Shown one piece after another: positions 1 to 12,499 of a DNA stretch of 64,000 nucleotides. This DNA comes from Camelus ferus (lineage: Eukaryota): assembly GCF_009834535.1 (NCBI RefSeq), contig NC_045721.1, positions 19,096,001 through 19,160,000 on the forward strand. The letters are read 5' to 3'. A program made the position numbers and the translations under genes. The notes beneath the pieces were generated by a model, which did no database searches, was not told the DNA's origin, and saw only the letters and a list, made by a program, of their open reading frames with translations. Position 1 is the first letter of the stretch, and every line of letters starts with the position of its first letter.

Positions 1-29
1 TTTATTTTATAGTGCTTACTAAAGGATCT

Positions 30-80
30 AAAAGATACAGTGCCTGGCATACAGTAAGCACTAAACGGCAACTTATTAAT
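30..80 (+). mobile_element. MIR SINE 3' fragment
   Basis: acagtgcctggcatacagtaagcact matches the MIR 3' tail. Confidence 0.6.
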
Positions 81-433
81 GGTAGGGGAGAAATAACTAG
101 CTATGAGGCAGGACATCGCAAGGAAAAACAAAGGAATTGAAGAGCCTTGTCGACAACCAATACCCTTATCACAAGAAGTAAGAACACGCTATCGAATATG
201 TCTGAAGAGGAAACGTCTTTCCTTTCACAGGCTACAAAACAACAATCAGAAACGTCTTAGGAATCAGAAATAAACTCCTGCCTTGCCAGTTCCCAGGAAA
301 GAGGGAATCTGATCTCATAGTCATGAAGTGTGGCTGAGTCTCTCTCTCTCCTCTAGTATGACCACAGAATCATGTCAAGAATTAAAAAAAAAAAAAAAAG
401 AACATCTGGTGTTTTTTTTTTTTTTAAACCTAC

Positions 434-441
434 CTGGGCAT
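434..441 (-). CDS. Putative micro coding segment Met-Pro-(Arg/Ser), phase 2, of an unidentified gene continuing left of the window
   Basis: Minus strand reads CCAGCAAAC ATG CCC AG|gtaggt: A at -3 (good Kozak) and a strong 5' splice site at 434|433. Confidence 0.55.
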
Positions 442-605
442 GTTTGCTGGTTTGAATTCTTTTTTTTTTTTTTTCTTTTTAAATTAAAAGCCACTACCGG
501 CAGCTTCCCGATTGTGTTTGGAATTCAGTCTCACTCTCTCTGGTTTACAGCCTTGGGCTGTGGTCTTTGGGGAGCAGAGTGGAAATGGACTTTCAAACAG
601 GAAAG
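434..605 (-). other. Putative exon (5'UTR plus start codon)
   Basis: Acceptor tattattttgtctcccag|C at 606|605 and donor CAG|gtaggt at 434|433; could instead be part of a longer first exon. Confidence 0.45.
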
Positions 606-639
606 CTGGGAGACAAAATAATAGCTGCTGGGAGACAGG

Positions 640-1090
640 GGATACCTTTGTGTGCGTGCGTGTCCGCGCCTGCTCGCGTGTCCGCACCTGCACTCGCGCC
701 CCTGCCCAGGCGGCAGGGAGGGGCCGGTGGCTCCGAGAGCAGAGGTGAGGAGGGGAAGGGGGCTGGCACTCACTGTGGGCAGCTCCTCCCAAGGCTTTGT
801 CCCTCCCACTGCTTCCCTTTTCTGTCCTTTTCTTCCTCCCCTGCTACTCAGTTGTGGGCTGGCTACCCATGTCCCTAGGGAAGAAATGCTCTATTTTGGA
901 AGGGAGCTAGAAGCTAGAGGCTGACAGCTGTGCTCCTTTAGAATAAATGCCGGCAGTCTGAGTAGAGCCTGCTAACAAAAGAGAAATGAGTGATGGAGGA
1001 GGGAGGGATGGACAGAGAGGGGTGAGGGAGGTGAGGGGAGTCGGAAGAGAGGGGTTAAGGTGGGGGTGTCGGAGAGAAATATGGAAGAAC
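640..1090 (-). promoter_or_regulatory. GC/CpG-rich and GA-rich promoter-like region
   Basis: Retained CpGs at 655-735, G-rich and purine-rich tracts at 700-760 and 990-1078, no repeats, adjacent to ATG exon. Confidence 0.5.
774..971 (-). other. Putative non-coding 5'UTR exon
   Basis: Long pyrimidine tract ending catttctcttttgttag|CAG|G and donor CCACA|gtgagt at 774|773; stops in all three frames. Confidence 0.45.
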
Positions 1091-1685
1091 AGAAACATTT
1101 AAGTATTTACTGCTGTTTATGTCCCCTTTTTTGGAAAACAGTAAAATAATGATACGAACAAAAGAACATGTGAAAAAAAATACCCTTTCCCCTAATATAA
1201 ATTGAAATTATTCTATATCTTGATTTGCAATGGGGCATTCTTTCATTCTTTCACAGAAAAGGGAAATCAGCCTATAGAACAGAAACATTTTAAACTTTAT
1301 CAAACTACTAAAGAACCAGAGAAGCATTCTTCCCATGGCTTGAGGACTCTTGGACACCAAAGGCAGCAAGGTGAATATAGGAATAAGGTCTGGTCTGCCT
1401 CCTAGGAGTTTACAACAAGATTCAAAGGCCCCCTGTTGAATTAGACAAACAGTTAGAAGGCGCCAAGCCCATTTACTGGGGATTAAGAAAGGTGGCGTTA
1501 AAGCCTGTTTCTCTATCACAAAATTCATTCTTTCTCTCTTTACTTCCAGGCTATATCTTGACTTTCTCCCACGTGTTTCAAACAAGACTGAAGTCTTCTC
1601 CTCAACTGACCTCTTTCTTAAAACAAGTCACCAAAACAAGATGTATAAAACACTATGCTGTTGTATATTTTAATTACCATATTAA

Positions 1686-2210
1686 TTTTTTAATTGAAGT
1701 GTAGTTGATTTACAATATTGCATTAGTTTCAGGTGTACAGTATAGTGATTCGAGGTTTTTTGGTAAGTTATATTCCATTATAAGTTATTACAAGACATTG
1801 GGTAAATCCTTGTGGTTTACCTACTGTATAAATAGTAGTTTACATCTGTTAATCCCAAATTTCTAATTTATCGCTCTCTGCCCCCCTTCCCTTTTGATAA
1901 CCATAAGATTGTTTTCTATGTCTGTGAGCCTGTTTCTGTTTTATAAATAAGTTTACTTGTACCATTTTTTCAGATTCCACAAATAAGTGATATCATATAT
2001 CTGTCTCTCTCTGTCCGATTTACTTCACTTAGTATGATGATCTCTAGGTCTATCCATGCTGCTGCAAATGGCTATACAGCATCCTTTTTTAAGGCTGAGT
2101 AACATTCCATTGTATATATACATATACCACATCTTCTTATATAAGCCAATTATCTGTTGATGGGCACTTGGGTTGCTTCCACATCTTGCTATTGTAAATA
2201 GTGCTGCTAG
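1686..2210 (-). mobile_element. L1 3' end (cetartiodactyl-type), 5' truncated
   Basis: ttttaattgaagtgtagttgatttacaat... through tgggcacttgggttgcttccac is the reverse complement of L1 ORF2 end plus 3'UTR. Confidence 0.9.
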
Positions 2211-3395
2211 TGACCAGAGCTTGGAGTGAATGTTCTAAGTGAAGTAGGATCAAGTCAGTTAGCTTTTGTGTTTGGATTTAGCTTACTCTTTTGTTCCATT
2301 ATCAACTGACTCAATGGCCTTATGGAAATTGCTTTCCCTTGATTTCTAAAACATTTAGGAAACAACACCTCCCTCATCTGGCTACATCTCAGGAGCTACT
2401 GGGAAGGGTGTATAACAAATTCAAAATATTTTATGGCACAATTGTATTAGAAGTCTCTCCTTTGCTCAGAAAATATCACGTATACTGCAGACATTTAGTT
2501 GACATTACTTCCCTATGAAGAAAAAAATTAAGTAGCAAGAATTTTCCTTATAAATGCGGAAAGTCTGAGTTAAAGAAACATGTGTTTTTAGTCAGACCAC
2601 AACTCAGTGGAGGCCATATTGAGTGAACATATTTATACAGTCAGGATGCTTTCTTCTCCTCCCCTTTCCCACCCTGCCCCCTCCAGGGACATATAATAAT
2701 AAGATAACCACCTAAAATGGTATAGTGGAAATTGGAAAAGAGAAACCTCACCTCACTCAGAAAATCACTTGCACATAAACTTGCTCCTCTGGCTTATTGT
2801 TTTATCTAGTGATTCTCACATAAGCCAAGTGTTTGAAAGTGAACTGTCCATTTACATACCTCTGCAAGCCTTTGGTTAAAATACGGCACTGTATTATAAA
2901 ACTTGTCACCACAGATTATGTCACTTACACATTTCTGACAGTTGCATGCAAATCAAATGAAAATTTAAAATGTGCTGTAAAAACCGTACAACACTATATA
3001 AGTCAACAATATTGTTTTTATCACCTTCATCATGAGACAGTTGATCGTAAGGCTATTTCTATAAAAACATTTGTGTATAAAAAACCTTAAGAATAAATAA
3101 GAAGACATAAAAGGAAGACTTGTACTGGCCAGAGGGTATTATTTAAGTGAGCACAGATGAACCGATTTACTGTCCTTACTGAGTCAGAATTTGGTTGTTT
3201 CTTTAGGATCATTTCTTGGAATGTGGATTAGAAGAAATCATGTATGAATCTTTAAACCTTTGCATTCTTTTTCCTTTGACAGTCCATTGTACTTACTATT
3301 TCAGACAATGTGGCAACTCAGATTATCTGCCAACTTCCTTATTATAAAATACCCAGAATAGCTGGGTAAAATATAAAAAACAATACCTACTTGGA

Positions 3396-3530
3396 TTAAT
3401 TCATTTAGTATATCTATTGTCGAACATTTGCTAGGCTCTGTTCTAGGCACTGGGATGCAGCAGTGAACAAAGCAGCCAACAGTCTCCGGCCACCAGTGGA
3501 ACTTGCACTTAACATGAATACACATGAATG
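3396..3530 (-). mobile_element. L2 3' end
   Basis: ctaggctctgttctaggcactgggatgcagcagtgaacaaagcag. Confidence 0.75.
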
Positions 3531-4099
3531 AGAAAGAAAGGATGGGCCAGAAACAGAGGGGAGAGAAAAACTGCTTAGAGCACATGAGCTGACACCGTAG
3601 CTTCACTGAGGAGAACTGCCAGTCTCTGTAATATTTAATGTACAAGGAAGAGTCAAGAATTCATGCCTCAGCCCCTACTGAGACCCCCTACATCTGGCCA
3701 GAACCCTTAACGTGCTATACTCTCAGTCTAAGAATAGACTTAGAAAGCCTTCGTATTGCAGAAAGGACATTAAGGAATCTTCCTGTGTCATCTTGAGCCC
3801 AGAGGGGGATGAAGACAATTCCTGAAAATTTCAACCACTGGCCTGGGCTTTCCTGGAGTTGGAGTATAAGGTTGAAACTTTCACTATCAACATAGGTCTG
3901 GAATCCAAGTCACGAAATTAATATTAAAAGTGGTGCCTTGAGGCACCTAGAAGAAGAAAATGCAAAAACTTCTTTAGACGAATATGTGCTCAAACCAAGT
4001 CACTACAGACGTCCTCAGATAAAACCCGACTTTCAATGAATTTACAGACTAAAATTACAGAAGTTAAGGGGATCTACCTTGAGTCAAAAATCTATAGAG

Positions 4100-4490
4100 A
4101 AAACAAGATGTAAGAATTTATTTCCCCCCAAAACTTCAGAAAATATAGCCATCAGATAAAACTATGTTTAGAATGATTACAGATTCAAAAGAAATTAAGA
4201 ACCTAAGAACAAGACATTATGAAAAAAGAAGAGGTAGTTAAAAAAAAAGGTAGAATATGTATGCAGCCACTGAAATTAGAAACTTATTGGATGGTTTAAA
4301 AAGTGTATTAGACGTAACTGTAGAGAGTACCAGTGAGTTGGAAAAGAGATTGGGGAAAATTGCTCAGATGGCATGAAAAAGACCAAGAGTGTTTAAATAT
4401 GAAAGAATAATTCAGAGACAAAAAAGACAGGATGAAAGAAAGCTCAGTAGCCATTCAGTGAGAGTTCCAGAAGGCAAGAACAGAATTTTC
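4100..4490 (+). mobile_element. Ancient L1 ORF1 remnant (L1M type)
   Basis: aaacttattggatggtttaaa...gtgagttggaa...gagttccagaagg resembles old L1 ORF1 coiled-coil region. Confidence 0.65.
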
Positions 4491-6940
4491 TTTGGAGCTA
4501 CCTAAACAACTTTCTACAGAGTTCCTAATACCACACGTCCGGCTGTCAAATTATACAGAATATTAACTTACTCATCTCTTTTGCATTTCATAGGAATTAA
4601 CTCTGCTATTACTCTCTTTTTTTTTTTATTGGATAACAGCTTTTGGGGGTTATGTTTTATTTTGAAGGTAAGTTCTCTTGAGTGGCAATAAGTTCTCTTT
4701 GAAGATATTCTGGTGGCTATGGTGACTGCTCAAAAGTGTGCACACAGTCTGAACTGCCAAGCACCCTAACCTATTCAGTGGGTGGAAACAACTGTAAATG
4801 GCTATCTTCTGCTTGTCAAAGCAGTTCCTCTTCCAATATACTAACAGTACTGGGTAATAATGCCACCAACAGATTATCCTTGACAGAGTTCTTTCTTAGG
4901 TTTCCATCATCAGTTTTTACAGAAACATACGTAAATTTCATCTATTATACATGCATAGAAACATGGGTAAAAATACCCTTAAAAATGTCTCAGGATACCT
5001 GAGTAAGCAAAAAAGGAAAATTCTGTCCCAACCCTGACAATGAAAAATTGCTAACATACAATCAATAAACACTTATCTCTCCACTCTGATTTCCTCATGG
5101 GCATTTGATTTTCATGCAATCATATTTTATTGACTTTAAATGGCATGTATGATATAATAAAAATAAAGCACATATTTATAACATGGATAAGAACAGGCTG
5201 GAAGGCCTACAAGCTATTTCTATCTGATAAGTGGCTTATAAAGCAAATTGAATATTCCAAATGACGTGAAATTTGTTATGCTTTTCAGATAACATACTCT
5301 TTATCGCAAGGAATACGTCTGGTATAGAAGACAGACTGCTATAAAAGGAAACAGGACACACAAGGTTGAGTACTTGCTTTAAGTAAACGTAACCTCGTAT
5401 AAATCAGCTAACTTCTGGGCCCCAGTTTTTGTCCTCTGGCAAAAAGTGGTGTTGGTGAGGGGCGAGAGGGTGGGGTCATGCAATGAATTCTAATGGCTTT
5501 TGGCTTTAAAATTCTCCTTATTTTAGGTAGTACATAAGATTTTCTTCAGACATATTAATGTATGTTATAAATATTAAAAATTTAAGGTAATTAAAAAACC
5601 TCTTCATAGTATCTTAAGTTAGACATGTAAAACATTTACGGGACATGAGAAAAAAATTACTTCAAATGTAAATATTATGAAAACTCATATCATATATATA
5701 TTAACTCATATCATAAATACCTTACCATATTATCTTCTGTTATACATATTAAAAATAATATTTTTATTTGTAAAATAAACTACTCTATGTTACCTTATGT
5801 TGTAACTAGTAACACCTTAAGGTACATACAGTAAAAATCATTTTATATCAGATTTAAATTTACTTCAGATTTCAGCTGTTAAAATTGCTTGTGAAAAAAA
5901 CAACTATGTAAAAAGCCAGAATGGAACTTTCAATCTTAAATAAAACTGACCTGTTTTTGAAAAGTTTTGATGACAATTAGAGTACATTTCAAAAATTATA
6001 GCTAATTAACCAATTTTAGAAAAAGATTCAGCCTACTTCACGTGAACTTTTTTCTAATTTTTACTTTTCAAATATTTCAGAAACTACAGGAAAAGTAAGT
6101 CCTTAGAGAAAACACAGGCAGTCCCCAACAGCCCTGCAGATCTGGTTTCACCTCAAAATTAAGGTTCAAAAAGAATACTGGGTTTTTTTCCTTAGCATAT
6201 TATTTGACATCATATTTGTTATCTGCAGTTTATTGAGTCCACAATGTCTGTCGATGTCTTACACTGAAATAGAGTCAAAATTTGAATTTCCTTCCAATCA
6301 TATTATGGCCTTTAAACAGAGATGTGCATTAAATATTACGGACATGTGACAGAGATTCAGTGGAACCCACTGCATCCTTCCCGTTCTTGGCATCTGCAAC
6401 GAGGGTGATCCGTTAAGTGGAAACCACCCTATGATGCTCTACGATTAAAAAAGAAATAGAGCCATAGTTCACGCTGACACACGCTTACTTGCTGAATTCC
6501 CTTCTCTGTCATTATTAATTTGGGGATAGTTCGTGTGTGTGTGTGCATAACACTGAATGCCTCTTCCCAATATATATTCTTCTGCTGCTTTAAAGACTGA
6601 GCACCAGTGGAATGCAGGCTGCTACAGTGGGACGAATACAGAATCTGGCTGGTATTATGAAAACCAGTATCACAATGAGATCATGTATAGGATAGCGCAC
6701 AAACTGCAAAGTACTGCAGGAATGTGAAGGGCTGTTACTGTTTGGGAGATTAATGAGATGTATTTTCTGAGGCTTCGTTGCACCTTTTAAAAGAGTAAGC
6801 ATGATTTGTGGAGGCTACAGAATGCTAATTGCGCCTAGAAGCCTTCCTCTCAAAACGGAGGTTCAAAAAGAAGCAGGTGCCTGAGATACCTTCTCACACA
6901 TCTGATCTTTTATTTCATGAGTCCCAAGTACTTCAGCACC

Positions 6941-7188
6941 TGGAGACAGCCGCCTTCTCCCGGCGTCCTCACTGGGCGGAGAGAGACTGCACTGTGGTGT
7001 CTCTTCTTAGGAGAACACTGATCCCATCAGATCAAGCCCTCACCCTTATGATCTCATGTAATCTTAATCACTTCCTTATAGCTCCAAACACAGTCACGGG
7101 CGGGGGCGGGGGTGGGGGTGGGCAGGGCTGAGGCTTCGGGAAATACGAATTTGGCGAGGAGGAGACACAAACATTCAATGCATTAACA
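6941..7188 (-). mobile_element. MaLR (MLT1A/B/C-like) partial solo LTR
   Basis: ccgccttctcc...cactgatcccatc...cacaaacattcaatgcattaaca matches MLT1 reverse complement. Confidence 0.8.
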
Positions 7189-7189
7189 C

Positions 7190-7335
7190 CTGAGTTCAAG
7201 CTGCCTGTAGAAAACGTAGTAACCCTGTAACTGTGAGCAAATCAATTTCACATCTATACCCTCACATGTAAAATGAGGGTTAAGTGTTAGGATTAGAAGA
7301 GAATGTATATTAAAATATTTTAATAAACTGCGAAG
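7190..7335 (+). mobile_element. MIR SINE
   Basis: ctgtgagcaaatca...ctcacatgtaaaatgagg core. Confidence 0.6.
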
Positions 7336-7848
7336 TGCTATTTTAATGTAGGGTCTTAGTTTTCAGACTTTTCCCATTTATTCAAATAAAGCAATACAAT
7401 TTTTTTATCTTTTTTTTTCTTGGCCAAAGAAAATGTTTATGTTGTGAGTACACCCATAGGATAGTATCTTTCTATAGAGATGTCTTTAAAAACATTCTAC
7501 CTTCATTTCTAAATTTATAAATTTAGATACACCTAATTATTTTTCAAAAGTGTCTCTTCATATCATTTAATTAGAGTGTTTACTGAGGAGAACATATCAC
7601 TAGCATGAAAAATGGAGAGAACGTACGTTATTAGAGAAATAATCCCCTGTGTAGGCAGGGGCACTGGCTAAAATATGCTTCTATCCCAATTTTTAAGTAG
7701 TGAATTGTATCCTTTGCATTTAAAGCAACATCCCAGAAAACGATGTTCCCACCGAAACATGGGAAAATGTAAAGATGAATGAAACAACTTTATGTTTTAT
7801 GGCATTTACTTTGAAAATCTGATAAAGATAGATGTCTTTAGCTCCTAA

Positions 7849-7996
7849 NNNNNNNNNNNNNNNNNNNNNNNNNNNNNNNNNNNNNNNNNNNNNNNNNNNN
7901 NNNNNNNNNNNNNNNNNNNNNNNNNNNNNNNNNNNNNNNNNNNNNNNNNNNNNNNNNNNNNNNNNNNNNNNNNNNNNNNNNNNNNNNNNNNNNNNN
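7849..7996. other. Assembly gap
   Basis: Run of N. Confidence 1.
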
Positions 7997-8654
7997 GTGT
8001 GTGATTTTTACTGCAGGCTGTTTGCACAAATCTTCTTCAGGTTTCACAAAGACCGCTTAAGGTTTACAATAAATATGTTCTGTTGAAAATCATAATGATT
8101 CTTAAAATTGAGGTGAAACTTGTATTATTAGAATTTACTTACTGATTTTAAAAAAAGGCTTCTTGAATCTGTGGCATTGCTGTTTGCACAGTCTTGAATA
8201 TATCTGGTTTGACTCAAATCTTTTAGTAAATCACTTTGTTACAATATACACAACACATGTGCCAAATACACAGAGCGCACAAAGCCTTCGTCAGTAAGCG
8301 TGTGCATTACCCGCCTAGAGGGGAAAATGTGTTTGTATGTGATACAGTGTATGCTAACTATTGAATTGACTGGGTTTGTGCTGCAAAAGTATGTATCTTA
8401 TTTTTAAAATACAATTGATTTATTTTTACAGAGGAATCTAGTGTCCTGAAAAATAATTTCAAAATTTCTGAAATTCAAGCACATCCAGTACAACTCATTT
8501 TCATTTATTAAATACCCAGACTCATGAGAGAATCTTATTTATATATAAATTAGAAAGACACAGGTTCAAAAAAGATAATTCTTATATCTGATGTATATAT
8601 ATGTGTGTGTATAATATATATACTTTTTTTTTTTTTGCTTTAAACACAAACCAA

Positions 8655-8775
8655 CATATTTAGATCCTGGCTCTATCATTAACATATTCTACTCTTTCAG
8701 TCTTGGTTACCTTTACCTATAAAATTAGGGGGTAGACTATGATTTCTAAGGTCTTTTTTCCAGTTAAAAAATTCG
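8655..8775 (+). mobile_element. MIR/MIR3 SINE
   Basis: agatcctggctct...tataaaattaggg...atttctaaggtc. Confidence 0.55.
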
Positions 8776-8797
8776 CCATAATCTTACAGTGTTTTAA

Positions 8798-8798
<1 letters not shown>

Positions 8799-8850
<52 letters not shown>
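8799..8850. repeat. (TG)26 microsatellite
   Basis: Perfect TG run. Confidence 0.98.
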
Positions 8851-8858
<8 letters not shown>

Positions 8859-9774
8859 TACATACATATACAAACCCAATTTAAAGCTCTGGCTGCTAAC
8901 TTTAAGTCTCAAATGCAGTTACACATGATCACTTTGAATTTTACAGAACACAAATCAACTCAAGATAAAGCAACTGATCAAAAGCATCCTAAAGGACAAC
9001 AGCAAGGGCTCATTCTGGGCTGTCTGCCTCAGCGGGCGTCTCCACAGCTGACGTAAGGCAAAGCTGGCTACACCTCTCCTGGGTCAGCTGAGGTCTTTAG
9101 GGATCTCACAGATGAGGCTTTTGCCAACTATACGTCTATTACAAAGGAGAATCAAAATATTAACATTAAGATCGACATTCTTACCCAGCATTGCCCTGCA
9201 CATTCATCTTGTTTGGATAATTGCACATTTAAAATTAGAGTCTACTTATCTGGCTCTAGACATTAGGGAATCATGCACACGGAAAAGGCTTTTCAAACTC
9301 TGAATTCCCCAAGGCAGATCACTGCAATTCTCCTTAATTCTATAAGGAAGAGCCCGCCTCTTCTACAGTGTTTACTTGAATTTTGTCTGCTGGATGTGGT
9401 TGACTGAAGGAATGGCAATAGTTCACTTTAAAAACATGCTCTCCATTAGCTAGAATCGATTTTTTAAAGCATTCCAACACGTCCATATCCACTCTATAAC
9501 AATTCCTTTACAGCTGATACTCAAAAATATCATGTGCTTAAAAGATAATGCTCTTCACGTTAAAAAAAAATCCAAAAAGAAACTACATATTTTGTTTCTA
9601 TTTTATGGTTTTTTTTTTTTGATTAGCTATAATTAAATTAGTTTTACCCAGTAATTCCAGAAAGGAGTTACTTAAAATCTAGGCTCAATGTAAATTCAAA
9701 AATCCTAAATGCAAAAGAGGGGTTGCACAATGGAGGGGAGAATCCACAAAGAAAATTTACACTCAAGAAAGCTT

Positions 9775-9935
9775 ATTAAACTCATTATGCTACATGCTCA
9801 ACATACATTATTTTATTTAATCTTATAGCTACCTTAAACTGTTGGTATTTATAAACTTATTTCACAAGTGGGGGAAAAAAGAGTTCTGAGAAATTGGGAA
9901 CTCTGGCAATGGTCACAGAATATGACTCCAAAGCT
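9775..9935 (-). mobile_element. MIR SINE
   Basis: tttaatctta...ttcacaagtggggg...ggtcacag. Confidence 0.5.
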
Positions 9936-12362
9936 TTCCATACTAATTTATACAGGAATAATTATTTTTGTCAGCTTTGTTTCAGGCATGTTGTCAAGGT
10001 GAAAATGAAGAGGAAACGTTAGCTTTAAAATAGGTTTGTAGAAACTCAGTTTTAAATGGAAGAAACGCTTGCTTTATTTTGAGTCTGGGGTCAAGAGTGC
10101 CAATGAGCAAGGCCAGTGTGGGGACCAAAACCCAGAAGTAAAAACAGAAGCATTCTTTTTTTAATCGGGGAAACATTTGAAATGGGGAACACAGATGAAA
10201 AAAATAATTGGGTGTTATTGTCCAGGTTTATAAAGAGTTTAGGAGTTTTCAGTATGTAGGCAGTGTTTTGTCTCAATTTTTAATTTTCTGAAGCCAGTTC
10301 ATCTCTTTCTCATGCTGAGAAACAAAAATATCTTAGGTTAAAAAAAAAAAATCTCTAAAAGTTTGATTGAAAAAAAAATACAAGATCCTAGATATTATTC
10401 CTTTTCTTCTTGTCCTTATAATACATCTTGGGGTTGACAGGTTATTTTACAAACTCACAATAGCTGCTAATGCAAGCAGAAAATATTTTTTCTAATGTTC
10501 TTAAGGGATTGCTAGTTATCAAATCAAACAGTATTACAAAACGCAGTCCCATAGGCTCATCTTTGATTATCACCACAATTTACAGACAAATATTTGAGAC
10601 GGCATTATTAAAAGTTAATGGCTCTTTGGTTCATAAAGAACTGTTAACTCTTTAATTTCTTACTTTGATCACATCCTGCCACGTTTATATTTTTGTAAGG
10701 GCATCGAAACAGGGTCAAACAACTTCACATATTATATTCAAAACAAAATAGTATCGGCTTCCATTATGAGTTCTTAGTTCTTTCCTGTTTTTTAAAAAAA
10801 TAATGGAACATTTTATCAATTTTTTCACCGTATTCGTGATATAAAAACCAAGTATTAGAAAAGAATAAAGGTGTAATTTATATTGTCACGTTTAGTAATT
10901 GGCTTTTTGCATGTCAATGTAGTAAGAGGCAGCACAATTTAAATACCTAATTCGACTTCAAAAGCACCCACCAAAATCAAGTGACAAAGACAGATGCAAT
11001 TAAATGATGACTTAAGCCACGTAGCAGGTATTCTAACAAAGAATACTAATTAACTCTCAAACAATGAGTATTGTGAAATCCAAGTGATACACACGCCGTT
11101 ACTGCACACGTGAAAATGCAAAGTGACTTCCGAGCCACCCTTTAAAAATCCGAAAAGGTACCACCCGTCATTAGCAATCAAAGCGGAATCATCAGGCTTA
11201 GCCGCGAACATTTCACCCGGGCACTGGGGTAAGGCAGGTCGGTCCGCGGAGGAGGCAGGGATGTCTGCCAAGTCTTCCTTCATGCCTGTTGCTCCCAAAG
11301 ACCCATATCATGAAAACACTTCCTGATTTCAAGGCAAGTCAGAAAGATGAAGATTTATAACTGGGCAGATGTAATGGAGCTGTCAAAAAGGGAAGTTACA
11401 CTCCCAGTGAAATGCTCACATCATGATCTAGTTTTCACCCTAATGGCAAAAAAAAATTCTCTGTAAAGAACCCTGCAAATATTGTTGGCAAAAGAGATTC
11501 ACAAGAAAGGAAGAAGGGGGAATAAAAAAGAGCTTGGGAGGGTACTTTCTTCAAAGAATTACAGCTGAGGTCACAGATAACGTGGTGTAAAGGAGACACT
11601 GAATTTAGTACAGCACCTTCCTTTAAGGGCTTTATTCCTCTTTCATTTAGAATATCAAAAAGAGTCAGAATAAGACAAAAGACAAGAAAAGAACCAAATG
11701 TCCAAAACAGCATTACACTACATTATCAATAATGCCACACGAAGAGAAATGACAGTTCTCAAAAGACTACTTTTGTCTACTTACTTTAATTAAACTCCCT
11801 GGGCTGTAAAGCAAAGTTGAATCTCTCTTTTTTTTAAACAGAAAAATACACCAAGACTGATTCAGTTTTGATTTCTGTCCTCTACTGATCCTCAAGTATA
11901 GTTCTATCCCATTTAAAGCAACAGAAACAGCCACAGCGTAAAACAAACCTCAGTAGCACGCAATTTTCTCAAAGAACCAAGATTTCATCCTCTGCCCCAT
12001 CCCTCTGCCTTTTCACAGGTAAATTAGTTCCCAGCGTGTCTCTCCCTTTGCAGCTGCACCGATTCATTACGTTTGAACTGAGAATTACAACAAAATTATA
12101 CTAGTATGAATGTTTCAATTACTTTTCTTTATACCAGATCACTCTAACATCCTTGCTTTAAAATAATATGATTTTAAAAGATCAGTGTAAAGTATGATCC
12201 TTGAAAATTAGTCTAGATAGCACATCCATGTTGGGGGGAAGAACGTTTTCAAATATGTGGATACCACTGAAAAAAATCCATTGTAGCCAATGTAATATCA
12301 TTCTCTTATTCCAAAACATCTTAAAGGAAAACATATTTCTTGCCTTCTCTATAGGCATTGAC

Positions 12363-12484
12363 TTTTTTTTGGGGGGGGAGGTAATTAGGTTTGTTTGTTG
12401 ACTTATTTTGATGGAGGTACTGGGGATTGAACCCAGGACCTCGTGCATGCTAAGCATGCGCTCTACCACTGAGCTGTCCCTTCC
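12363..12484 (-). mobile_element. Camelid Vic-1-type tRNA-Ala-derived SINE
   Basis: Minus strand: agctcagtggtagagcgcatgcttagcatgcacgaggtcctgggttcaatccccagtacctcca plus A-rich tail. Confidence 0.92.
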
Positions 12485-12499
12485 TCTGAGGTGTTGTCA

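Noticed and set aside
434-441. Assigning a gene symbol to the start exon
   Set aside because: Eight coding nucleotides and a UTR I do not recognise are insufficient
7832-8086. ORFs spanning N runs (also about 30.4-30.8 kb and 61.3-61.5 kb)
   Set aside because: Artefacts of assembly gaps
12412-12484. tRNA-Ala(AGC)-like sequence (also 43.5 and 43.76 kb)
   Set aside because: Imperfect acceptor stem, followed by A-rich tail and TSDs: SINE heads, not tRNA genes
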